A DNA stretch of 64,000 nucleotides from Candidatus Niyogibacteria bacterium CG10_big_fil_rev_8_21_14_0_10_46_36 (GTDB lineage: Bacteria > Patescibacteriota > Minisyncoccia > 1-14-0-10-42-19), in contig PFCO01000008.1 in NCBI GenBank assembly GCA_002772995.1, positions 23,150-87,149 of the forward strand. Direction: 5' to 3'. Under the pieces are notes generated by a model. It made no database searches and had not been told where the DNA came from. It saw only the letters and a list, made by a program, of their open reading frames with translations. Positions 18,100 to 27,380 of this stretch are shown piece by piece. How positions within the stretch are numbered: position 1 is the first letter of the stretch; each line of letters starts with the position of its first letter. A program made the translations under genes and the position numbers.

Positions 18100-18230
18100 G
18101 CAGTACTCTTATATAGGGCGGTTCCGATCAAATAATTTTTTATATGCGTCCAAATCGCGAAAATCCGAGGATTTTATGCCGAGGGCGCACACTATATAAG
18201 AGCGGACTAACTGCCAAAAAGGAGTACTGC
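18100..18230 (+). ncRNA. candidate 6S (ssrS)-like RNA
   Basis: Rod-shaped fold: GCAGTACTCT/GGAGTACTGC, GGCGGTT/AACTGCC, CCG/CGG, A/U-rich centre, TGCGTCC/GGGCGCA, apical AAAATCC/GGATTTT; own promoter and terminator. Confidence 0.65.
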
Positions 18231-18233
18231 AAC

Positions 18234-18263
18234 AAAAAAATCCCACATGCTGGGGATTTTTTT
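18234..18263. terminator. bidirectional terminator
   Basis: AAAAAAATCCC-ACATGCTG-GGGATTTTTTT. Confidence 0.8.
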
Positions 18264-18288
18264 GTTTTTAAGATACTGTTTTTAGGAG

Positions 18289-19053
18289 CTACTCAAAGAA
18301 AAGCAAGGAGAACATTGCGGCAATTCCTACGAGGATAAAGAGTATTTCAAGGAGCGATTGTTTTGTGCCGTGCTGCTTATGAAGCTCGGGGATAAGATCT
18401 GCGGTTGCAATATAGATAAAGTTTCCCGCTGCAAGCGCAATGATAAAGGGGAGCAGCGGCTCTATGGTACCCCCAAAGATAACTACAAGAAGAACGCCCG
18501 TTATAGCAACTAGTGCAGAGAGGAAATTAAACCAGAGCGCTTTTGCTTTTGAATATCCTGCGTGAATCAGTATGCCAAAATCCCCGATTTCTTGAGGAAT
18601 TTCATGAAGGATTATCGCAAGTGTTGTCGCAATGCCCACCTCAACACTTATAAGATAGCTTGCGCCGATAATAATGCCGTCTACGAGGTTGTGGAGGCCG
18701 TCCGAAAGCAGAATGAGCCTGCCCACAGGAAGAATGTCTTGGCAGTCTTCGCAATCTGTAGGTTTTTCGTGGTGGTGATGGTGCCAGCCGAGTATTTTTT
18801 CAAATATAAAAAAGAATACAATGCCCGCGATAACGAGAAGCGGAATAAGCGGCGAGCCGCCGCCCGTCTCGAGTGCCTCGGGAATCAGGTGCAAAAAAGC
18901 GTCGCCGAGAAGCGCACCTATCGCAAGCGCGACAAGAAAAAATACCGCTTTGCGTATCTTTTTTTCATCTATTGAGATGATGATAAGTCCGATAAGCGCG
19001 ATAAGGCTTACCGCAAAAACACTTATGAGAGCATAGAATGTGTGTGTTTCCAT
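18289..19053 (-). CDS. ZIP family zinc/metal transporter
   Basis: AFLHLIPE, HHHHH loop, DGLHNLVDG, HEIPQEIGDF, DLIPELH. Confidence 0.95.
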   Translation of the reverse strand: METHTFYALISVFAVSLIALIGLIIISIDEKKIRKAVFFLVALAIGALLGDAFLHLIPEALETGGGSPLIPLLVIAGIVFFFIFEKILGWHHHHHEKPTDCEDCQDILPVGRLILLSDGLHNLVDGIIIGASYLISVEVGIATTLAIILHEIPQEIGDFGILIHAGYSKAKALWFNFLSALVAITGVLLVVIFGGTIEPLLPFIIALAAGNFIYIATADLIPELHKQHGTKQSLLEILFILVGIAAMFSLLFFE

Positions 19054-19121
19054 ATATCCTCTTTTTATATTAAAATGGACCTTTGCATTTGACTATAGCG
19101 CATACGCACACCATGTCAAGT

Positions 19122-19142
19122 AGATGCGAATTATTTGCATTT
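19122..19142. promoter_or_regulatory. putative Fur/Zur box
   Basis: Imperfect 10-1-10 inverted repeat AGATGCGAAT-T-ATTTGCATTT between the ZIP gene and the divergent cluster containing the Fur-family gene. Confidence 0.6.
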
Positions 19143-19192
19143 ATTTTGTGTGTGCGCTATTATATTGAAAATCCCAAACCAAGGAGGTATAT

Positions 19193-19381
19193 ATGAGCAA
19201 GACCACTGATGGCCTGAGTGTTTTTTTGTGCCATACGGGGAGTTGTTGTGCGAGCATCAGTTCCACAGAAGACGGAGGTATGCGTATTGAGGATGCTGAT
19301 AAGCCAGAACGCGGCGGTATCACTCTTACCCGGGATGAGGTTGCGGAGCTTAAGCGAGCAATACAGAACGGCAATATATAG
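19193..19381 (+). CDS. small Cys-rich protein, DUF397-like
   Basis: AAGGAGGT SD; FLCHTGSCCASI...RIEDADKP..GITLTRDEVAELKRAIQNG; hairpin downstream. Confidence 0.7.
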   Translation: MSKTTDGLSVFLCHTGSCCASISSTEDGGMRIEDADKPERGGITLTRDEVAELKRAIQNGNI

Positions 19382-19445
19382 TTCTTTTATAAGGCCGCGC
19401 ACGAACGCGGCTTTATTGTGACATTGTGTGGGATATAATGGTCGT

Positions 19446-19865
19446 ATGAAGCAAAAAAAAGAAAAATTTAAAACAATACTTCATGATGCGGGTTATAGAG
19501 TTACGGCAGAGAGAATGGCGACGCTCCTGCTTCTTTCTCGTTCAAAAAAGCCCCTTTCCGTGCATGATATCGCGCGCGTATTGCGAAGCGTGCTTGACCA
19601 AGCGACAGCATACCGCATACTTCGATTATTTGAGCGATCAGGAATTGTCCGGCGTGTTGAATTTGGTAAAGGACGCGTGTATTACGAAATAGCTGATGCG
19701 AAAGACCATCACCATATCGTATGCACTGAATGCGGTGCTATAGAGGATTTTGAAGGATGTACCGCAGAACGCATAGAAAAAGAGGCGCTTAAACAATCAA
19801 GGCGCTTTTCTTCCGTGCGGAAACACTCGTTAGAATTATTCGGCGTTTGCAAATCATGCGCATAA
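19446..19865 (+). CDS. Fur-family transcriptional repressor (Zur-like)
   Basis: GYRVTAER, ATAYRIL, HHHIVCTECG, LELFGVCKSC. Confidence 0.93.
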   Translation: MKQKKEKFKTILHDAGYRVTAERMATLLLLSRSKKPLSVHDIARVLRSVLDQATAYRILRLFERSGIVRRVEFGKGRVYYEIADAKDHHHIVCTECGAIEDFEGCTAERIEKEALKQSRRFSSVRKHSLELFGVCKSCA

Positions 19866-20977
19866 ATGCACGCATTATATTGCATATGTGGTGTGCCGGT
19901 CTTTTTATTCTAGGGCCTGTATTTGTTTTGGCTCAAGAACAAGCAATTCCCGAAATGTTTCGATTGAAAGTGCTGGATATTACTCAGGAAGGAGAACGCC
20001 CCATTATCGGGACGGACGCCAAAGCGTTTTTTCAAAATATACGAGGCGAAGTTCTTTCGGGCGAGAAAAAAGGCGATACTATAGAACTTGAAAACGATAG
20101 GATGCGTCTTCGTGTGGGAGATACTATATTTGTGCGCGCGTTGGAAGCGCCCACCGGGGAAACATTTTATACTGTGGATGACGTCGATAGGCGCAATTCT
20201 TTGTTCTTTTTTGTAGGATTATTTATGTTGCTTGTGATCGTATTCGGGGGGAAGCAAGGCATCCGCGCGCTTATGAGTCTTGCCGGCAGTTTTTTTGTTA
20301 TTTTTTATTTTTTGCTTCCGTCTATTCTTTCGGGCGTATCGCCACTCTTGGTGAGCGCAGGTGTTTCTATTGTTATTCTGGTGATCGCTATTTATTTTAC
20401 TCATGGCTTGACGCGCACATCAACAGCGGCACTCCTCGGTACCATTGTTACTATTTGTGTTACCGTGCTTTTAGCGCTCATTTCGGTACGGGCAACCCGT
20501 TTATCCGGTTTTACCGATGACACAAGTGTTTTTTTGAATTTTAATACCGCGGGCGCTTTGGATTTTCAGGGATTATTACTGGGAGCCATTATTATTGGTG
20601 TTTTGGGACTTCTTGATGATATAGCAATAACGCAAGCGGCTGCGGTAAAAGAGATTTTTCATGTGGACGCCTCGCTTTCGCGGAAAGATGTGTATGCTCG
20701 CGCGCTTCGTATAGGCAAGGAGCATGTAGGAGCGTTAGTGAATACGCTTGCACTTGCGTATACGGGCGCGGCACTTCCGTTATTGCTTCTCTTTTATGGA
20801 TCTGAAGCATCTGTTTTTTTGATAATAAATAGAGAAATATTTGCATCAGAAATTATCCGCACTATGGTAGGAAGTATTGGCATTATTCTTGCGGTGCCCA
20901 TTACTACGGGTCTTGCGGTATTATTTTTGGTGCAGAAAAAAAGAAGGGATCCGGAAAAAGGAAACATCTGTGCTTGA
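19856..20977 (+). CDS. YibE/F family membrane protein
   Basis: GLLDDIAITQ, IGKEHVGALVNTLALAYTG, SEIIRTMVGSIG. Confidence 0.9.
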   Translation: MRINARIILHMWCAGLFILGPVFVLAQEQAIPEMFRLKVLDITQEGERPIIGTDAKAFFQNIRGEVLSGEKKGDTIELENDRMRLRVGDTIFVRALEAPTGETFYTVDDVDRRNSLFFFVGLFMLLVIVFGGKQGIRALMSLAGSFFVIFYFLLPSILSGVSPLLVSAGVSIVILVIAIYFTHGLTRTSTAALLGTIVTICVTVLLALISVRATRLSGFTDDTSVFLNFNTAGALDFQGLLLGAIIIGVLGLLDDIAITQAAAVKEIFHVDASLSRKDVYARALRIGKEHVGALVNTLALAYTGAALPLLLLFYGSEASVFLIINREIFASEIIRTMVGSIGIILAVPITTGLAVLFLVQKKRRDPEKGNICA

Positions 20978-21110
20978 AGAGAAAAAGAATATGTTTTTCA
21001 AGTAACTATTTTTTAAGTCCTCCATGGGGGACTTTTTTATTTTCTCCAACATTTGATTCTTAGGGAGATAAATGCTATATTTTCCAAAGTTCTTCCACAG
21101 GAGGTTTTTG

Positions 21111-21551
21111 ATGCAGAAAACAAACAAGGCGTTTTTGTTCTTTGTTCTGTTAATTGGATTTCTTTTCGTGGGATTTTCTAGCGGAGCCGATGAAACGCCG
21201 ATATTGCCTGATTATACTGACGCGCCATTTCAGTTTGTGGCGGACAATGTGACAGGAAGCTCTGTTTTTCATCCGGAACAAGCGTTAACGAGGATCGAAT
21301 GGTATGACACCGGAAATATTCAGCGGCCTGATATGGTAGCAGAGCCGAGCATGAACCATTTTGTCAGAGAAACCGTGTTCATATATACGCGAGAGAACGG
21401 CGTGCGTTATGCGGAATGGATACATCGCAGTACCGCTGTGTATAGGTATGCTTTTGTCCGGCGGACCAGAATCTACGGCTTCGTATGGGATAGCGCGAGA
21501 AATATGTTTATTTTTGACAAAAAGAAGGAGTTCAACTCATCCACGTATTAG
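21111..21551 (+). CDS. secreted hypothetical protein
   Basis: AGGAGG SD; signal peptide; terminator at 21567-21592. Confidence 0.7.
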   Translation: MQKTNKAFLFFVLLIGFLFVGFSSGADETPILPDYTDAPFQFVADNVTGSSVFHPEQALTRIEWYDTGNIQRPDMVAEPSMNHFVRETVFIYTRENGVRYAEWIHRSTAVYRYAFVRRTRIYGFVWDSARNMFIFDKKKEFNSSTY

Positions 21552-21653
21552 AAAAAAACTAAAATTCAAAAGCTCCCGCCAAGGAGCTTTTATTATTTTT
21601 GTTATGGTACACTATAAAAATACGATCCGATTATTATTTGTTATAAGAATACT

Positions 21654-21857
21654 ATGGAACATTTTGTTTGTACTGGTGGCTGTGGGGGTATATCGGGCAC
21701 TCCAGGCGTCTGTCAGACAGAAAGCTGCCCGCATCACAAACATTCTCTTGAATCCTGTTCGTGCACCGATGGGAGCCATGACGATGTCAAAAGAAAGGCA
21801 GAATTGGAAGAGCTGAAACAAACGGAAGAGGGGTACAGGAATGCTGACGGCGTATGA
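21654..21857 (+). CDS. small Cys/His-rich protein (metallothionein-like/Zn-binding)
   Basis: 6 Cys and 5 His in first 42 aa: CTGGCGG..GVCQTESCPHH..CSCTDGSH; ATGA overlap with uppP. Confidence 0.75.
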   Translation: MEHFVCTGGCGGISGTPGVCQTESCPHHKHSLESCSCTDGSHDDVKRKAELEELKQTEEGYRNADGV

Positions 21858-22654
21858 TTGAATCAGTTGTTCTGGGACTGCTGCAAGGCTTTGCAGAATG
21901 GCTTCCGATAAGCTCGGAAGGACTTTTGGTACTTGCGCAAGTAAATCTATTTGGCGAAACATCGATTATCCATGCCGTTGAGCTTTCACTTTTTTTACAC
22001 TTAGGGACATTTTTTGCAGCTCTCATATATTTCCGGAAAGATGTTAGGCGTATTATACTGAATTTATTTTCTTACTCGCGTATTGATAATGTATCCCGCA
22101 GAGAGATCCGGTTTTATGCTGTTGCAACATTGGTGAGTGGCGTGTTGGGCTTTTCTCTCTTGTTTATTGTTTCTCGCGCGCTCGGTGAAGTAAGCTCTTT
22201 TGAGTTTGTGGGGAAGATAATCACTGGCGGTATTGCGGCATTGCTTTTTATTACCGCAGGATTAGGATTTTTACGCAAGGTAAAAGGAACGCGCACTAAG
22301 GAATTTCTTTCGCTGGGGGATGGTATTATTCTCGGGATTGTCCAAGGGTGTTCAGCGCTCCCCGGACTTTCCCGTTCAGGAACAACTGTTGCAGCATTTT
22401 TGCTCCGTGCATTCGATGATGCGTCTGCGCTGCGGTTGAGCTTTATTATGAGTTTGCCCATAGTGCTTGGAGGAAACATTGTTTTGCAGGTGAGTTCTTT
22501 CTCGGTAAGCGCTGAATTGTTTATGGGTCTTATTGCTGCGTTTGTGTCGGGATTTGTTACGATACATATCTTATTGCGTATTGCCCGAAGGGTGCAATTT
22601 TCTTGGTTTGTGCTTTTCTTTGCCGTGCTTACTGTGGCATCGCTCTTTCTTTGA
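21854..22654 (+). CDS. uppP: undecaprenyl-diphosphate phosphatase
   Basis: LGLLQGFAEWLPISSEG, LHLGT, PGLSRSGTT. Confidence 0.92.
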   Translation: MIESVVLGLLQGFAEWLPISSEGLLVLAQVNLFGETSIIHAVELSLFLHLGTFFAALIYFRKDVRRIILNLFSYSRIDNVSRREIRFYAVATLVSGVLGFSLLFIVSRALGEVSSFEFVGKIITGGIAALLFITAGLGFLRKVKGTRTKEFLSLGDGIILGIVQGCSALPGLSRSGTTVAAFLLRAFDDASALRLSFIMSLPIVLGGNIVLQVSSFSVSAELFMGLIAAFVSGFVTIHILLRIARRVQFSWFVLFFAVLTVASLFL

Positions 22655-22663
22655 AACGTACAT

Positions 22664-22709
22664 TTCCTACTTGTATGATTTTTAGGAACATACTATTATA
22701 CAAGTATGA
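22664..22709 (+). promoter_or_regulatory. putative autoregulatory operator sites of AbrB-type regulator
   Basis: Two related dyads TTCCTAC-TT-GTATGA and TTATAC-AA-GTATGA flanking the -10 (TACTAT/TATTAT). Confidence 0.45.
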
Positions 22710-22960
22710 TGCGTAAACACGGAAAGGGGAATCATTTTTTCTTCGGTACTACCACCATGGGTGAAAAGGGCCAGGTTGTTGTTCCTGCGAAAGCCCGCAA
22801 AGCGATGGAGCTTAAAAAGGGAGAAAAACTTCTTGTGTTCGGCACGGGGCATGACATGCTCGCGTTCACTAAGCTTTCTCATATTGAAGAGTTTGCGGCA
22901 CACCTCTCAAAGCGTTTGGGCGCTATCCGCTCGATCGTAAGAAAAACAAGATCAAAGTAA
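22706..22960 (+). CDS. AbrB/MazE/SpoVT-family DNA-binding protein
   Basis: FFGTTTMGEKGQVVVPAKARKAMELKKGEKLLV. Confidence 0.9.
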   Translation: MMRKHGKGNHFFFGTTTMGEKGQVVVPAKARKAMELKKGEKLLVFGTGHDMLAFTKLSHIEEFAAHLSKRLGAIRSIVRKTRSK

Positions 22961-24537
22961 TGCATTATCCTTCTATGTTGATTTTTTCTTTTGTACGAAG
23001 ACATATAATAGTGAGCATCATTATTGCCGTAGTTGTTATCGGCGGCGGTTTTTTGATATTTGGTGGCGGAGACAAATCTACAATCGATTTTGCTGAGGTT
23101 CTTCGCCGCGATCTCGTGCAAGAAGTAAGCGTTACCGGCAACGCGGAACCCGCGCATGCAGTTGATCTTGCGTTTGAGCGCACGGGAAGGGTGGCGCGTA
23201 TTTATGTTAGTGTCGGAGAAGAGGTATCCGCGGGCGCATCGTTGGTTGCGCTTGAAAATAGCGATATAGTTGCGCAATTACGGGATGCGGAGGCTCGGGT
23301 GAGCATTGAACAAGCGGTGCTCGATGAACTTTTGCGCGGGACTCGTCAGGAAGAGGTCCGGGCGCAGGAGATCAAGGTAGAAAACGCACAAACAACGCTT
23401 AATGACGCAAAGAAAAACCTGGTTGATGTTATTCTCGATGCATTTACAAAGGGGGATGATGCGATACGCAATAAGCTTGATCAAATTTTCGTAAATCCTC
23501 AGGGAGGAAATTATAATATTCATTTTACGGTTAACAATCCTCAGCTTGAAAGCGACATTGAAACAGGGCGTGCCTCCATAGAAACAACTCTTGATGCATG
23601 GCAGGTCTCGCTTGCCGGATTGTCAGCGCAAAACGATCCATCCTCTTTTTACGCGATAGCAAAAACAAATATTACCGACATCCGTTCTTTGTTGGACAAA
23701 GCGGCGCTTGTCGTAAATCAGACACAGGCAGGACCCACTATCTCGCAAGCAACGCTTGACGGGTATAAAACGGACATAGCTGCGGCGCGTACTGTGGTCA
23801 ATACTGCCTCGTCAAACCTTTCTTCGGCTCAGGAAAAATTACAAAATGCGATATCCTCTCTTTCATATGAAGAACAGCAGCTTATAGTCAAAACAGCAGG
23901 GGCTACGTCGGAAGCTATTCGCGTACAAGAAGCAAAATTAGACCAGGCAGAAGCAGCGGTAATCGCGCGGCAAGCAGATCTCGCAAAAACCATATTGCGC
24001 TCGCCGCTTCACGGCATTATCACCAAGCAAGACACAGAGGTAGGCCAGATTGTTACCGCGGGGCCCCACGTTGTTTCGCTGATATCCGAATCGGAATTCG
24101 AAATAAAAGTGAATATTCCGGAAACTGATATTACAAACGTGAAGATAGGGAATAGCGCGCGGGTGACTCTTGATGCCTATGGAAAAGAAGAAGAATTTGG
24201 CGCACATGTTGTTATGATAGACCCGGCGGAAACGGTCATCGAAGGAGTGGTGACATACAAAACAACGCTTCAATTTGATGAACGGGATGAACGCATAAAA
24301 CCGGGCATGACCGCGAATGTTGATATTTTAACTGCGGAACGGAAAAACGTGCTTGTTATCCCCACACGATCCGTTTCTACGAAGAACGGGACTCAATTTG
24401 TACGCGTCCTCCACGAGGACGGTTCTATAGAGGAGCGCGCCATAGAAACGGGTCTTCGCGGATCATTTGGCGATATAGAAGTGACAAGTGGGCTTAAGGA
24501 AGAGGAGAAGATCGTCACTTTCTTTGACGAAGAGTAG
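22960..24537 (+). CDS. efflux periplasmic adaptor (HlyD/MacA family)
   Basis: N-terminal TM; lipoyl-like VDLAFERTGRV; long coiled coil; ILRSPLHGII; IKPGMTANVDI. Confidence 0.92.
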   Translation: MHYPSMLIFSFVRRHIIVSIIIAVVVIGGGFLIFGGGDKSTIDFAEVLRRDLVQEVSVTGNAEPAHAVDLAFERTGRVARIYVSVGEEVSAGASLVALENSDIVAQLRDAEARVSIEQAVLDELLRGTRQEEVRAQEIKVENAQTTLNDAKKNLVDVILDAFTKGDDAIRNKLDQIFVNPQGGNYNIHFTVNNPQLESDIETGRASIETTLDAWQVSLAGLSAQNDPSSFYAIAKTNITDIRSLLDKAALVVNQTQAGPTISQATLDGYKTDIAAARTVVNTASSNLSSAQEKLQNAISSLSYEEQQLIVKTAGATSEAIRVQEAKLDQAEAAVIARQADLAKTILRSPLHGIITKQDTEVGQIVTAGPHVVSLISESEFEIKVNIPETDITNVKIGNSARVTLDAYGKEEEFGAHVVMIDPAETVIEGVVTYKTTLQFDERDERIKPGMTANVDILTAERKNVLVIPTRSVSTKNGTQFVRVLHEDGSIEERAIETGLRGSFGDIEVTSGLKEEEKIVTFFDEE

Positions 24538-24538
24538 T

Positions 24539-25249
24539 ATGGCTTTTATTGAGCTTAAAAATATAGCAAAAGAATATTCGGACGGAACCCGGGCTTTGCG
24601 CGGGGTTTCTTTTGATGTGGATGAAGGCGAATTTGTGGGGATTATGGGGCCTTCCGGATCGGGGAAATCTACGCTTTTACACATCCTCGGATTTTTGGAT
24701 ACGCAATCAAAAGGGACTTACACATTTGAACGCAAGACGTTTGATGATTACGGCCCGGAGGGCATTGCGCGGCTGCGTAATGAAAAAATGGGATTCGTGT
24801 TCCAGATGTTTAATTTGCTTTCCCGCGCGAGCGTATTGGAGAACGTAAAACTTCCCCTCACATATTCTTCGGTGCCGTCATCAGAGTGGGACAAGCGGGC
24901 GCTTGAAGCGATTGAATCAGTAGGGCTCGCGCATCGCGTGGAACATGAGCCATCAGAACTTTCTGGGGGGGAAAAACAACGCGTTGCTATAGCCCGCGCG
25001 CTGGTTAATAATCCCGAGATTATTTTTGCCGATGAACCGACTGGTAACCTGGATTCGAAATCAGGGAAGGCGGTCATGGAGATTTTGCAGGAGCTGAATG
25101 AAAAAAGGGGCCATACGGTATTTTTAATAACGCACGAAACATATACCGCGGAACACGCAAAACGGATCATTACCATTCGCGATGGCGAGATAGCAAGTGA
25201 CTTTGAAGTGAAAAAACGCAGATGGGCCCGCGATCATTTTGCAAAGTAA
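24539..25249 (+). CDS. ABC transporter ATP-binding protein (MacB/LolD type)
   Basis: GPSGSGKST, LSGGEKQRVAIARAL, ADEPTGNLD. Confidence 0.96.
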   Translation: MAFIELKNIAKEYSDGTRALRGVSFDVDEGEFVGIMGPSGSGKSTLLHILGFLDTQSKGTYTFERKTFDDYGPEGIARLRNEKMGFVFQMFNLLSRASVLENVKLPLTYSSVPSSEWDKRALEAIESVGLAHRVEHEPSELSGGEKQRVAIARALVNNPEIIFADEPTGNLDSKSGKAVMEILQELNEKRGHTVFLITHETYTAEHAKRIITIRDGEIASDFEVKKRRWARDHFAK

Positions 25250-25253
25250 TAGT

Positions 25254-26498
25254 ATGCAACTGAGCCAAACAATAAAAACAGCATTTGCAGCACTCCGCGC
25301 GCATCGTTCGCGCTCGTTTTTGACGATTCTCGGTATCGTTATCGGCATTACTGCGATTATTATGGTCATGTCTATCGGTGAAGCAGCCCAGGGAATCATT
25401 GTAGGAGAGCTCGGAGGATTGGGAGCCGAAACCGTTGTAGTGCGTCCCGGGAAAGAACCATCGGGTCCCACTGATATTGCGGAATCATTATTTTCCGACT
25501 CGCTCAAAGAGCGTGAACTGCAAGCGCTTCAGCGCAAACAAAATGTACCCAACGCGATTGATGTAGCGCCTGAAATTCTTGTGCCGGGGAGCGTATCGTT
25601 TGAAGGAGAAACATTTCGTCCCACTATTCTTGGTTTTTCTGCTGAATTCATGCGCGATGCTTTGGGGCTAAATATCACTGAGGGCGCGATTTTCGATGAC
25701 ATTGATATACGCAATAAAGCGCGGGTTGCGCTTATCGGAAACCGGGTAAAGAAGGAATTGTTCGGGGATGGTAATGCGCTCGGAGAAAATATCACTATCA
25801 AGGGGACAAAATTCCGTGTGGTCGGCGTATTTGAACAACGCGGCCAGGTTGTGTTTTTCAATGTTGATGAGCTTGTGCTCGTTCCATATACCGCAGCACA
25901 GACATTCTTAACGGGAAATAATTATTATAATCAGATAGTCATACGCGCGGATTCTCCTGAGTCGGTTGATAGGGTTGTATACGATATCAAGGCGACGCTA
26001 CGCGCGCTCCATAATATTGAAGACCCCACAAAAGATGATTTTTATGTTCAGACTCAGCAGGGGCTTGTGGAGCAAGTAAGTACTATCATTGGTATTTTCA
26101 CCATGTTTCTTACATTTGTGGTGGCAATCGCTTTGGTTGTGGGAGGGATCGGTGTTATGAATATTATGCTTGTATCGGTAACCGAGCGTACGCGTGAGAT
26201 AGGCCTTCGGAAGGCGGTTGGCGCCACTAATAACGATATCTTAAAGCAGTTTTTAATTGAAGCTATATTTTTAACAGGATTCGGAGGCATTATCGGCATT
26301 CTTTTGGGTACATCTCTTTCATTTGGTGTGGGGTTGCTCGTAACCCAATTTGCGGGACTTTCTTGGGAATTTGTTTTTCCGGTTACCGGCGCTATTCTTG
26401 GGTTGCTTGCCTCAAGCGGAGTGGGGGTAGTGTTCGGGTTATATCCCGCTAAAAAAGCGGCTGAGAAAAGCCCCATAGAGGCGCTTCGTTACGAGTAG
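25254..26498 (+). CDS. ABC transporter permease (MacB/FtsX family)
   Basis: RSFLTILGIVIG, GGIGVMNIMLVSVTERTREIGLRKAVGA, PIEALRYE. Confidence 0.96.
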   Translation: MQLSQTIKTAFAALRAHRSRSFLTILGIVIGITAIIMVMSIGEAAQGIIVGELGGLGAETVVVRPGKEPSGPTDIAESLFSDSLKERELQALQRKQNVPNAIDVAPEILVPGSVSFEGETFRPTILGFSAEFMRDALGLNITEGAIFDDIDIRNKARVALIGNRVKKELFGDGNALGENITIKGTKFRVVGVFEQRGQVVFFNVDELVLVPYTAAQTFLTGNNYYNQIVIRADSPESVDRVVYDIKATLRALHNIEDPTKDDFYVQTQQGLVEQVSTIIGIFTMFLTFVVAIALVVGGIGVMNIMLVSVTERTREIGLRKAVGATNNDILKQFLIEAIFLTGFGGIIGILLGTSLSFGVGLLVTQFAGLSWEFVFPVTGAILGLLASSGVGVVFGLYPAKKAAEKSPIEALRYE

Positions 26499-26562
26499 CA
26501 AAACATACCATTGTGCATAACTACACTCGCCGATTGGCGGATGCTGTTTTATAATAAAACAT

Positions 26563-27363
26563 ATGAAAACATATCGAATGCTCGCAATTTTTCTTGCGTT
26601 TATCGGGCTCGGTATTATGATTTACCTGTCTTATTTGCATTACGCCAACACGCAGTCGTTTTGTGATTTTTCTGAAGAGGTATCGTGCGATGTGGTAACT
26701 ACAAGTTTGTATTCCGAGGTATTTGGCGTTCCCATATCCCTTTTGGGGGCAGGATTTTTTGGCGTATTGTTGCTTTTGCTCTTTTTGAACAAGAAAGATG
26801 ATGTATTCCAGGCGGTATTTTTCCTAACGCTTTTAATGCTTGTTCCCTCTTTGTACTTTACACTTCTTGAAGCTACTGTGATTGGAGCATTTTGCGTGTT
26901 ATGCGAATCGTCAAAGGCGGTTATGGGTGCAATTCTTGTAGTTTCATTTTTGGCAGTACGAAAGGTTGCCCCCTTTCCATATAAGCAAATTATCCCAATT
27001 GTTATCGGCGGTCTTCTTGTTATTGGGGTCATATTTTTTGCGCAAGCAGGAGGCGGCACTAAGGAGGATTATTCCGAATTATTTTTATGTGCGAATGATA
27101 ATGGAATAACATACTATAAGTCAGTTAGGTGCAGTAGCTGCAGACAACAGGAAAAAGTATTTGGACCCGCATACACAACATTGCGTGCGATTGAGTGTCA
27201 TCCGGAAGGAGATAATCCGCAACCCGAGCTTTGTCTAGAGAAAGAAATATCAAAAACCCCGACATTTATTCTTGAGAGGGACGGGCAAGAAGTAAAACGA
27301 GTTATCGGCATCCAGCAAATTGATGCATTTGCCGAGTTCGCGGAGTGTTCTATTGATAAGTAA
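26563..27363 (+). CDS. VKOR family protein fused to C-terminal thioredoxin-like domain
   Basis: C-x7-C loop (CDFSEEVSCD), CVLC, then CSSCRQQ, IECH..C, KTPTF. Confidence 0.88.
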   Translation: MKTYRMLAIFLAFIGLGIMIYLSYLHYANTQSFCDFSEEVSCDVVTTSLYSEVFGVPISLLGAGFFGVLLLLLFLNKKDDVFQAVFFLTLLMLVPSLYFTLLEATVIGAFCVLCESSKAVMGAILVVSFLAVRKVAPFPYKQIIPIVIGGLLVIGVIFFAQAGGGTKEDYSELFLCANDNGITYYKSVRCSSCRQQEKVFGPAYTTLRAIECHPEGDNPQPELCLEKEISKTPTFILERDGQEVKRVIGIQQIDAFAEFAECSIDK

Positions 27364-27380
27364 TTTATATTTTTAATTTT

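Noticed and set aside
18100-18230. SRP RNA, tRNA or known riboswitch
   Set aside because: No SRP helix-8 motif, no cloverleaf or TTC loop, and no downstream co-oriented gene to regulate
18144-18338. 64-aa ORF in the ORF track
   Set aside because: It runs through a terminator and overlaps the ZIP gene end; the region is better explained as a structured RNA
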